Source: Candidatus Poribacteria bacterium (GTDB lineage: Bacteria > Poribacteria > WGA-4E > WGA-3G). From it: a DNA stretch of 64,000 bases. Below are positions 56,029 to 64,000 of this stretch, piece by piece. The number at the start of each line of letters is the position of its first letter. Positions within the stretch are counted from its first letter, which is position 1. Under the pieces are notes generated by a model. The model was not told the origin of the DNA and did not search any database. It was given only the letters and a program-made list of their open reading frames with translations. The translations under genes and the position numbers were made by a program. The stretch covers positions 4,832,001 to 4,896,000 of the forward strand of contig OZ240248.1 of the NCBI GenBank assembly GCA_965198235.1, written 5' to 3'.

Positions 56029-56631
56029 GTGACCAATTTAATGGATTTCAAACAAGCATTAGGTAGCAAAATCGCAGATTATAACTTACTCAATCACCCA
56101 TTTTACCAAGCATGGAGTGCTGGCGAATTGCCAGTCGAAGCCTTACGCGCCTATGCACGGGAGTATGGTGCTTTTATCTCTACACTGCCGGAGGGATGGG
56201 AGGCACTCGACGATGCCGAAACCGCAGAGGAAGAGACCGAGCACATCGACTTATGGGCTGACTTCGCGGCTGGGCTTGACACCGCTGTTGCTGAAGCACA
56301 AATTCCGCAGGTAAAGGCACTGATGCGGACAGCACGCGAACTCTTTTCGGAACGGACGACTGCACTCGGCGCGCTCTATGCGTTCGAGGCACAGCAACCG
56401 GCAACTGCCCAATCGAAACTTACGGGTTTAAAGGCGTTCTATCAACTCCCGAAATCGGTAGAGCCTTATTTTGAAACACATTCACACAACGAGCATGAAG
56501 CGGAGAAACTGCTTGAGCGTATCGGGGCGTTGCCATCAGATTCGCACGCCACTGTCGTGCAGGCATGTGAAAAGATGAGCACTGCTTTGTGGGATGCTCT
56601 CACAGGGATTCATGATGCGGAATGCGCATGA
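56029..56631 (+). CDS. CADD-like heme-oxygenase-fold metalloenzyme (PqqC/TenA superfamily)
   Basis: LLNHPFYQAWSAGEL, EE..H..LW, ALYAFEAQ.P, SKL.GL, YF..H. Confidence 0.8.
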   Translation: MTNLMDFKQALGSKIADYNLLNHPFYQAWSAGELPVEALRAYAREYGAFISTLPEGWEALDDAETAEEETEHIDLWADFAAGLDTAVAEAQIPQVKALMRTARELFSERTTALGALYAFEAQQPATAQSKLTGLKAFYQLPKSVEPYFETHSHNEHEAEKLLERIGALPSDSHATVVQACEKMSTALWDALTGIHDAECA

Positions 56632-57001
56632 TACGGTGAAGGCGTATTTTGACGCACTTGTTGTTGGTGATGCTGAAACCCTCATTGCAATGATGCTTCC
56701 TGCCTCGCACTACGTCAAGGTCGGCACCGATGCTGACGAGGTTGTTGAGGGAAGCACAGAAATCGCGGCGTATTACCGAAACCACGTCGCGAGCACGGAG
56801 GATTTCAGCATTGAATTTATTAACTTTGACGTGCAGGAACGAGGCGATGTCGCGTGGTTCTACACGCGCCAAGTCTGGCGACTCAAATGGCAAGGCACGC
56901 CGGAGGAATTCGTGATGCGGATGACGGGCGTTTTGGAAAAAACTGACGAGTTGTGGAGGTTTGCGCAGATCCATGCCTCGATCGGTATTCCCACATCTTA
57001 G
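56612..57001 (+). CDS. SnoaL/NTF2-like protein
   Basis: GTDADE, GDVAW, R.TGVLEK...WRFAQIHAS. Confidence 0.85.
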   Translation: MMRNAHDTVKAYFDALVVGDAETLIAMMLPASHYVKVGTDADEVVEGSTEIAAYYRNHVASTEDFSIEFINFDVQERGDVAWFYTRQVWRLKWQGTPEEFVMRMTGVLEKTDELWRFAQIHASIGIPTS

Positions 57002-57019
57002 TTTTTAGAGGAGGAGTTC

Positions 57020-57715
57020 TTGAAAATTTCGGTTATCTCTTTTGATGGCGACATGACCTTGTGGGATTTCCTGAAGGTCATGCATCATTCACTCAAACGG
57101 ACATTGGCGGAACTACAAAAACGGGTTCCAACCCAGCGTGTTTTGGAACTTACAGTCAATGAGATGATTACAATTCGGAATCAATTTGCTGAAGAAGTAA
57201 AGGGCAAAATTTGGAATCTTGAAGAAATCAGGTTGCGCGCATTTGAGAGAACACTTGAATATGTTGGTTGTCCGGATAAGGAACTTGCTGCGCATCTGAA
57301 TGCGATATATCGGAAGCACCGATTTGAAGATATAGAGTTATATCCAGATGTCATCCCGACTTTTGAAATTCTGGCATCACAATTCAAACTGGGATTGCTC
57401 TCAAATGGAAATACCTACCCGGAACGCTGCGGGCTTGAGGGGCATTTCGCCTTTGTTGTCTTTTCCCAAGATGTGCAGATTGAGAAACCGGATCGAAAAA
57501 TCTTTGAAATAACTGCCCAGCGAGCGAGTTGTGAACTCGCACAGATGCTCCATGTAGGGGACTCACTTAAAAACGATGTTGCTGGTGCGCGGAACGCTGG
57601 TGCACATTCCGTCTGGCTCAATCGTGAAGGTGAACCGAACGACACAGAAACCCAACCTGACTACGAGGTGGCTTCATTGACAGAAATCCCCGAAATTTTA
57701 GGGGCGGATGGATAG
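57020..57715 (+). CDS. HAD-family hydrolase
   Basis: FDGDMTL, SNG, KPD, HVGDSLKNDVAGA. Confidence 0.9.
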   Translation: MKISVISFDGDMTLWDFLKVMHHSLKRTLAELQKRVPTQRVLELTVNEMITIRNQFAEEVKGKIWNLEEIRLRAFERTLEYVGCPDKELAAHLNAIYRKHRFEDIELYPDVIPTFEILASQFKLGLLSNGNTYPERCGLEGHFAFVVFSQDVQIEKPDRKIFEITAQRASCELAQMLHVGDSLKNDVAGARNAGAHSVWLNREGEPNDTETQPDYEVASLTEIPEILGADG

Positions 57716-57833
57716 TCTCGTTAGATTCGTCTTTCTTCGATATGGTAAGGTGGCGTGTTTATGGAAGTTAAGGCTGTATACGTGCCAAAAAACACCTTGC
57801 ACAAAACTACTGCTTTATTGTATTATAATACCC

Positions 57834-58733
57834 ATGGAGAGCACGAACGGCGTTACAACAAAACATATCCTGAACATCACAAAGCCGAGTGCGTCTCGAA
57901 TTGCGCTGGCGAAGAGCAATACACCAGATGCCCTTCAAAAACTCTGTCGAGATTATTGGGCTTGGCACTTCGACGAATCGCTATCTGATGCCGCTCGATT
58001 GTTATTAAGCACAGATCTCGGTTGGGAGACGATGCCGCAGCTCACAACACCGCCAGTCGGTGAAATCATCTCCCCGCTCGGTTACGCGCTTGCACACGAG
58101 GATAAAGATGTCCGAGATGCCGCGCTACAGGTATTGGACACCACTGTTCATATTCCAGCAGGCGTTGCTTATATCGGCGAAGAAGGTGCACCGTTGGAAG
58201 TGGACGGGTTTGAGATAGGAGTCTATCCTGTAACCAACGCACAGTACCAGCGGTTTCTTCAAGATACAGGACACACGTCCCCCCAAGATTGGACGGACGG
58301 AGTCTATCCAGCAAACAGGGGAGACCATCCTGTTGTCTGGGTTACGTGTGAAGATGCAGAAGCTTATGCTTGTTATGCCGGTGGCAGGCTACCGACGTTT
58401 TCAGAGTGGCAATACGCTGCCCGCGGTGCTGATGATAGGCTTTTTCCGTGGGGCTATGAAATTGACAGACCGCGGTGCAACACCGCGGAACTCGGCGCGG
58501 GAACGACAACTCCGGTCGTTAGCTTCAGAGACGGCATGGGTCCGTTCGGTTGCTACGACATGGTCGGCAATGTCTGGGAATGGACAGACACATCTTATGA
58601 CGATGAAGGGAATTTCCGTGTGGCGTGTGGAGGCGCGTGGTATTACAACCACGACTATAGCACCTGCACCAGTTACGATTTTTTTAGCAATGGGTATGCA
58701 GAGTTTGTAATTGGGTTCCGTATCGCGTGGTGA
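57834..58733 (+). CDS. SUMF1/EgtB/FGE-sulfatase domain protein with short N-terminal helical region
   Basis: YPVTNAQY, HPVVWV, RLPT..EW..AARG, DMVGNVWEW, GFR; start placed just behind TATAAT. Confidence 0.85.
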   Translation: MESTNGVTTKHILNITKPSASRIALAKSNTPDALQKLCRDYWAWHFDESLSDAARLLLSTDLGWETMPQLTTPPVGEIISPLGYALAHEDKDVRDAALQVLDTTVHIPAGVAYIGEEGAPLEVDGFEIGVYPVTNAQYQRFLQDTGHTSPQDWTDGVYPANRGDHPVVWVTCEDAEAYACYAGGRLPTFSEWQYAARGADDRLFPWGYEIDRPRCNTAELGAGTTTPVVSFRDGMGPFGCYDMVGNVWEWTDTSYDDEGNFRVACGGAWYYNHDYSTCTSYDFFSNGYAEFVIGFRIAW

Positions 58734-58776
58734 TGTTACATAGAGGACCAGAGTTCGTTTTGATGGGGAAAGATTG

Positions 58777-59340
58777 ATGAAAGATGACAAAACCAATGCA
58801 GAACATGCCTTAATACCTGAAAAATCCTCGGTGTCCTCAAGTGGGTTGCAAAAAGAACTCATCCAGCGTGGGCGCGTCGATATTCACGCGCATCAGACCG
58901 CTGCTAAGCACCTGAAACAGGGAGCAGATGCATTAAACGTTCGAGACTACCGGAAAGCGATTGAAGAATTTCAGCAGGTAATTCAGCACAACCGCGAATC
59001 GGCTGAGGCACACTTCCACCTCGGCTTGGCACATTTTATGCTCGGAGACTATGAAAAGGCAATAGATGCATACAAAATGGCAATAGCGTGCGAACCGAGT
59101 GAAGCAACGGCATACCTCAATCTTGCAGCAACTTATCGTTTGCTCAAACGCTATGACGAGGCTATTGATGTTTACACGCGCGCCATTCGTTTTATACCGA
59201 GCCACCCTGAGTTGCATTCTGAACTTGGAACAGTCTATACATTTCAGGGCAAGCGGCGTGAAGCTGTCAGTGCTTATAAAACAGCGATGCGACTTAAACT
59301 TAAATTGAAACTTCAATCGGATTTTGACCAGAGCGCGTAA
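58777..59340 (+). CDS. TPR repeat protein
   Basis: AHFHLGLAH..G.YEKAI.AY repeats. Confidence 0.88.
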   Translation: MKDDKTNAEHALIPEKSSVSSSGLQKELIQRGRVDIHAHQTAAKHLKQGADALNVRDYRKAIEEFQQVIQHNRESAEAHFHLGLAHFMLGDYEKAIDAYKMAIACEPSEATAYLNLAATYRLLKRYDEAIDVYTRAIRFIPSHPELHSELGTVYTFQGKRREAVSAYKTAMRLKLKLKLQSDFDQSA

Positions 59341-59425
59341 GCCCAAGCATCGCGCCGGGCTGGGTCTACGGAAAGGGACATCCTCGCAAATCGCGCCTAA
59401 ACGAACCGCAAGGAACATTAGAAAG
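59320..59425 (+). repeat. Family C repeat joining the TPR stop codon and the sigma start codon
   Basis: gattttgaccagagcgcgtaagccc...acgaaccgcaaggaacattagaaag matches 63143-63250. Confidence 0.8.
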
Positions 59426-60007
59426 ATGTTTGTTTCTGACGAAGATCTGATGGTGAAATGCAGTAAAGGGGATATGAGTGCCTTCGAGTTGTTGGTACGG
59501 CGATATCAGAACCCTTTGATTAACTACATTTACCGCTCCATTGACGATTATCAACGCTCGGAAGACCTCTCCCAAGAAACGTTCCTCCGAGTCTTCAAAA
59601 GTGCGAACCGTTATGAGCCGACAGCGTCGTTCAAAAGTTGGCTCTATACAATTGCCACTAATTTGTGTCGAAATGAGATTCGGAACCGTACTCGTCGAAA
59701 CACCTGTTTTTTGGAGGATCTGGTTGAAGAAGGTGAAGATGTTTACCATGCCGACATCATGCGGGATACCCGCTATCTGCCAGATTTGCTCTTAGAGAAA
59801 AAAGAACAGAGACAGATTATCCGCAAAGCACTCGCACAGTTACCAGAAAATCAACGCGTGGCGTTAACGCTCGTCACCTATCAAGACTTACGGTATGAAG
59901 AGGTTGCAAAAATTCTTGGATGCTCAGTAGGTGCTGTGAAAGCGTTGCTTCATCGCGCTCGAGAAAAAATGAGAAAACTGCTCATTAAAGCGGGAATAGG
60001 GGAATAG
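59426..60007 (+). CDS. ECF sigma-70 factor
   Basis: SDEDLM..GD..AF..LV.RY, EDL.QE.FL, FKSWLY.IA.N, LP..QR, Y.E.A.ILG...G.VK..L.RAR. Confidence 0.93.
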   Translation: MFVSDEDLMVKCSKGDMSAFELLVRRYQNPLINYIYRSIDDYQRSEDLSQETFLRVFKSANRYEPTASFKSWLYTIATNLCRNEIRNRTRRNTCFLEDLVEEGEDVYHADIMRDTRYLPDLLLEKKEQRQIIRKALAQLPENQRVALTLVTYQDLRYEEVAKILGCSVGAVKALLHRAREKMRKLLIKAGIGE

Positions 60008-60058
60008 CCATCAGTAAGAGAGTGTAGCCCGAAATGAGCCGCAAGGAATAATTAGAAA

Positions 60059-60661
60059 ATGCGAAAATATAAACAGACCGAATTCCCAGATGTTTACGGT
60101 TCGACGTGTGAAGCGCATTTTGCGAGTCTGGACGAACTCTCAACTTACATTGACAAAGAATTGCCAGCATGGAAACGCCATCTCATCCGACGGCACCTCA
60201 AAAAGTGTGCTGCTTGTGCCAATCAGGTTCAGCGGTTGCAACAAACTGACGATTTCCTACGCCAAGGTGGTGAGATCAAAGTCTCTGATGACTTTTTAAG
60301 CAGTGTAATGGCGCGCGTATCGGAAGCGACGAAATACCAGAGACAATACGACTCGCTTTGGTCCCATGTCACACGGTTCATTGGATCGTCGCTTGGGTGG
60401 GCGCGACACAGTTCAACATTGACTGACAGGCTTCGCTACAGTATTCGGACGCGTAGTCCAGTTTACATATTTGTACTGACCTTCGCTGTTTTCACGATGG
60501 TGGGGGCAACGCTTTACCAATCCCCCAGCGATAGGTTTGGTCAGTCAACGCACGTTCTGAAGAAGGCACAGAAACTGGATGGTGAAAAATTAATTTCCTT
60601 TGAGGTTATACAACACGAGCCTCCTAAACGTTTACTAACAACCTACCTTCAGCAGAAGTAA
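60059..60661 (+). CDS. Zinc-binding (zf-HC2) anti-sigma factor
   Basis: LSTYIDKEL, HLKKCAAC (HxxxCxxC), one TM. Confidence 0.88.
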   Translation: MRKYKQTEFPDVYGSTCEAHFASLDELSTYIDKELPAWKRHLIRRHLKKCAACANQVQRLQQTDDFLRQGGEIKVSDDFLSSVMARVSEATKYQRQYDSLWSHVTRFIGSSLGWARHSSTLTDRLRYSIRTRSPVYIFVLTFAVFTMVGATLYQSPSDRFGQSTHVLKKAQKLDGEKLISFEVIQHEPPKRLLTTYLQQK

Positions 60662-60685
60662 GTACAGATAGTTGTCGGTTAAAAA

Positions 60686-62458
60686 ATGAAATCTGTAACT
60701 CGTAGAGCGTTGCTCATCTCGCTGATATTCCACCTCTTTTTTTTCATCACAGCGTTTTATGTCGTGGTGCGGAATCAGCCAATAGCGTCAGAGAAAACGG
60801 GCTTGGATGCGGAGCTCATTTCCGTCGAAAACACCTCTCGACCGAGATCTCCACTGAAAAAAGTTTCGCCGCGTTTTCTCGCTTCTGAGCGTGATTTCAT
60901 AAATCCGCATGTCAGTACTGGGGAATCGCCGCCATCTCTCACATCCCCCGTTGCAGTGAACACTGAAACGCCACGTTCTGCCTTAGGTCGCAGTTTGCAA
61001 GATAAAGTTAAAGCAGAAAATCCATCAACATCTTTAGATCTGTCGAGAAAAAACTGGGGTGAAGTCAGTACGGCTACCCGGACGCTTCAGGATGTTGAGG
61101 GAAATTTGTCGAAAACGGAAGCCGCAAGTCCAGCAGGAGATGCTACCTTCGGCGCGAAACGTCCTGGTCCACCAAGGATTCAACGCTCTCCAGAGATTTC
61201 GACACTTAAAATAGTGGAAGAGGAGGAGGGGTTGTCCCCGGCGCAGTTGGCAGAAATTAGTGAGAAGCGGAAGGCATTGCCACATGTTCCGTTTTCGACG
61301 CTTATGAAGACGCTTGCACAGGAGATTGTCGAAACCAGTGACGGGGGCCCAATTGACGTGGTTTTCGTCATTGATGCCAGTGGGAGCATGCGCGATAATA
61401 TCAAATCTGTCGTGGAACATCTCAAGGAGATGGTGAATGTATATAAAGCCTCCAAAATAAATTATGCGCTCGGTGTGACGGAATTTTGGGCGAATAAGAA
61501 CCGGAACAGAATCAGAGTTGTTCAGTTAACAAAAAGTTTCACTGACTACAAACGTACCCTCCAAGCGATTGAGGTACATCAGGACGAACACGCTTTAGAT
61601 GCTGTCGTTCAGACTGTCAAAGAACTCCGATTTCGCCCTACATCCAAGAGACATTTTGTCCTTGTTACCGATGAACCTTTCACAAGTCGAGAGGGATTGG
61701 AGGTGGCAGATGCCATCGTATACTGCCGAGAATTCGGCATCTATGTGAATGTTCTCGGTCTTCCTCTAAATGAACACCAGAGACTTGCTTCTGAAACCGG
61801 TGGCAAATGGCATCTCATTCCTGAAGAACCACGACCACAAACGGCACAACGATCTAAAGTGCCAACACACCCGCGAAACAAAGCAGTGTTGCTACGCCAA
61901 GCACAATGGACAGATGTTACAAAAGTCGGGGATGCCGCGCTGCAACTGAGTGGCACCACCCCCACCGATATTGTTCTGTTCGTTGACAGTAGCAAAAGTA
62001 TGGACGATAAACTTCCCCATTTTTTGAAGCAACTTGACATCCTCGTTCGCGATTTGGATAACGCACTTATAGATTATCAGATGGGGGTGGTGCGTTTTCG
62101 ATCGCGTGCCTCCGTGAACATTGTCAACGTTTTCAACCCGCCACAAACGCTTAAACAGGTTCGGAAAATCGTTGAACTGCCGTGCCAAGACAATGAAATG
62201 TTATTGGACGCTGTAGTGGAGGGACTCCGACGGCTAAAACTCCGTCCGAATGCACAACCCTATTTCATTCTGATTACAGATGAACCCGCAGAGGGTGAAT
62301 ACTCGGCACTCGCGATTATCCAAATGTTACAACAAAAACATGTCCTTGTCAGTGTTGTTGGCACTTACGACGATTTCCAACAACAGGTAGCAACCAAAAC
62401 CGGTGGGGTCTGGGTACCTATTCCAGAGGGACATACAACAAACAATTCGTACTGGTAA
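60686..62458 (+). CDS. Membrane-anchored protein with two VWA domains
   Basis: SLIFH anchor; DVVFVIDASGSM and DIVLFVDSSKSM MIDAS motifs; two (V/I)TDEP. Confidence 0.85.
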   Translation: MKSVTRRALLISLIFHLFFFITAFYVVVRNQPIASEKTGLDAELISVENTSRPRSPLKKVSPRFLASERDFINPHVSTGESPPSLTSPVAVNTETPRSALGRSLQDKVKAENPSTSLDLSRKNWGEVSTATRTLQDVEGNLSKTEAASPAGDATFGAKRPGPPRIQRSPEISTLKIVEEEEGLSPAQLAEISEKRKALPHVPFSTLMKTLAQEIVETSDGGPIDVVFVIDASGSMRDNIKSVVEHLKEMVNVYKASKINYALGVTEFWANKNRNRIRVVQLTKSFTDYKRTLQAIEVHQDEHALDAVVQTVKELRFRPTSKRHFVLVTDEPFTSREGLEVADAIVYCREFGIYVNVLGLPLNEHQRLASETGGKWHLIPEEPRPQTAQRSKVPTHPRNKAVLLRQAQWTDVTKVGDAALQLSGTTPTDIVLFVDSSKSMDDKLPHFLKQLDILVRDLDNALIDYQMGVVRFRSRASVNIVNVFNPPQTLKQVRKIVELPCQDNEMLLDAVVEGLRRLKLRPNAQPYFILITDEPAEGEYSALAIIQMLQQKHVLVSVVGTYDDFQQQVATKTGGVWVPIPEGHTTNNSYW

Positions 62459-62468
62459 AGGATCAAGA

Positions 62469-63071
62469 TTGAAGATTGCAGTCCTCGTTTCAGGGAGTGG
62501 GACCAATCTGCAAACCCTGATTGAACAGTTACATCAAGATAAAACAAGCGGTATTAACATTGCGGTTGTCCTCAGCGATCGGTGCAAGGCTTACGCGCTC
62601 ACACGAGCGAAGCGTGCTGGTATACCGACACACGTTGTTAGAGCTCAGGATTTTGACAGCCGTCAGGATTTTGACGCAGAAATTTCGAGGATCATCGAAC
62701 ACTATGCTGTTGAATTGATAGTACTTGCGGGCTTTATGAAGTTGTTTCAATCCCCCTTCGTGCGGAAGTACCGGAACCGGATTATCAACGTCCATCCAAC
62801 GCTTTTACCGGCATTTCCGGGCGCACATCCTGTCGCTGATACATTGGCATACGGTGTGAAGATCGCGGGCATCACCGTTCATTTTGTCGATGAGGGTATA
62901 GATTCGGGTCCCATTATTGCACAGTCGGCTGTCCCTGTTTTGGATACGGACGACGAGGAGAGTTTACACAACCGGATTCAGGTTGAGGAGCATAAACTCT
63001 ACCCTGAAGTTATTAAATGGTACGCGCAGGGTAGACTGAAGATTCAGGGACGAAAAGTTATTGTACAGTAG
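62469..63071 (+). CDS. purN: Phosphoribosylglycinamide formyltransferase
   Basis: SGSGTNLQ, LAGFM, NVHPTLLPAFPG, G.TVHFVD.G.DSGPII.Q, EH.LYP; TTG start after AAAGGA. Confidence 0.96.
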   Translation: MKIAVLVSGSGTNLQTLIEQLHQDKTSGINIAVVLSDRCKAYALTRAKRAGIPTHVVRAQDFDSRQDFDAEISRIIEHYAVELIVLAGFMKLFQSPFVRKYRNRIINVHPTLLPAFPGAHPVADTLAYGVKIAGITVHFVDEGIDSGPIIAQSAVPVLDTDDEESLHNRIQVEEHKLYPEVIKWYAQGRLKIQGRKVIVQ

Positions 63072-63089
63072 TTAAAAACATCTATCGAT

Positions 63090-63250
63090 GGCGGAGCGTT
63101 CCCGCCACGACTCCCTCAACGAACCGCAAGGAATATGAATCAGATTTTGATCAGAGCGCGTAAGCCCAACCAACGGGCCGGGCTGGATATACGGAGTAGA
63201 ACGTTCCTACTACGACTTCCGTCAACGAATCGCAAGGAACATTAAAAAAG
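63090..63250 (+). repeat. Two tandem family C units
   Basis: caacgaaccgcaagga (63117) and caacgaatcgcaagga (63223). Confidence 0.8.
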
Positions 63251-63251
63251 A

Positions 63252-64000
63252 ATGTTAGCAATTTCAACAATGTGGAACGCTTTGAAACAACAGGACGGTG
63301 CTGCCCTGTTCGATGAACTCAAAAACCTTGGCTTTGAAACGCTCGAACTCAGCAGGCATCTCACACCGGATCAGGTAGAGCAACTCAAGCCATATCTCGG
63401 CGAAAACCCACCCTGTTCGATCCACAACTTCTGTCCTATCCTTCCCGGAACATCGCAAGTAGAAGCGGAGCAGGACAAGATTTTACTTTCGAGTCTCAAT
63501 ACAGACGAACGGACGGAGGCTGTCCGCCGCACTGTCCAAACAATGGAACTCGCTGTTGAATTGGAGGTACCAATTGTAGTCCTTCACCTCGGCGAAGTTG
63601 ACACCTACGACAGGTCCTATTTGATGAGAGACCTGTACAATTATGGCGAGCGCGAGTTTGAAGCCTTCGATCAAAAAGTGACCGAAGCCACAGAGTGGCG
63701 AAAGCGTAAGGAAACGAAACACCGAGACGCGGTGTTACGGAGCCTTGATGAACTCAATGAGTGTGCCTTGAAAATGGAGCTTTGTATTGCCATTGAGAAT
63801 CGTCCACACTACTACCAAATTCCGAATTTCGATGAGATTGGGCTGTTCTTTGAGGAGTTTTACGGCAGTCCGATGCGTTATTGGCACGACATAGGACATG
63901 CCGCGCTACAGGAAAAACTTGGTGTGTGCTGGGCAGATAGATGGGTTGAGCATTATGCAGAACACCTCGTCGGCGTGAATCTGCACGATCTGCAAGGGCT
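63252..64000 (+). CDS. Sugar phosphate isomerase/epimerase TIM barrel (partial, runs off window)
   Basis: Manual translation MLAISTMWN..LGFETLEL..SIHNFCP..VVLHLG..IENR..WHDIGHA..NLHD. Confidence 0.85.
   Translation, partial: MLAISTMWNALKQQDGAALFDELKNLGFETLELSRHLTPDQVEQLKPYLGENPPCSIHNFCPILPGTSQVEAEQDKILLSSLNTDERTEAVRRTVQTMELAVELEVPIVVLHLGEVDTYDRSYLMRDLYNYGEREFEAFDQKVTEATEWRKRKETKHRDAVLRSLDELNECALKMELCIAIENRPHYYQIPNFDEIGLFFEEFYGSPMRYWHDIGHAALQEKLGVCWADRWVEHYAEHLVGVNLHDLQG

Noticed and set aside
59324-59425. Basic N-terminal extension of the ECF sigma factor
   Set aside because: Encoded by a family C repeat and overlaps the TPR gene; ATG 59426 fits the family start
1-64000. rRNA, tRNA, prophage, integron, and the many short nested or antisense ORFs in the track
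   Set aside because: No recognisable RNA gene, integrase or phage structural gene seen by eye; the short ORFs overlap well-supported genes and lack motifs

Overview
Bacterial chromosomal window. Gene content (WD40, PhyH, SUMF1/FGE, CBM9-DUF5916, DUF6785 membrane protein, Zn-dehydrogenases) suggests Ca. Poribacteria or a similar diderm; this is inference. It holds about 48 CDS. Housekeeping and metabolism: aroB, aroK, adk, xylA, purN, a GcvT/YgfZ-family protein and a CADD-like protein. Envelope and transport: a 4-gene DUF6754-type membrane operon of unknown function, two Omp85/BamA-family genes (one a 1280-aa DUF4097-CBM9-POTRA-barrel fusion), and TAT/TRAP T and P components. Defence: a Type ISP/IIL-like R-M enzyme, a frameshifted NACHT NTPase and a BstYI/BglII-like R-M pair. 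Also present are a split corrinoid methyltransfer cluster, an ECF sigma/anti-sigma/VWA locus and a decayed IS200/IS605 (tnpB) element. The most striking non-gene signal is a set of small palindromic or modular repeat families. Several sit in frame inside genes; the same element adds the peptide SPENLLTDSR to two unrelated proteins. Others insert site-specifically into one another, and others supply gene starts or ends. I saw no rRNA, tRNA or CRISPR. Domain names come from motif recognition by eye, not from database searches.
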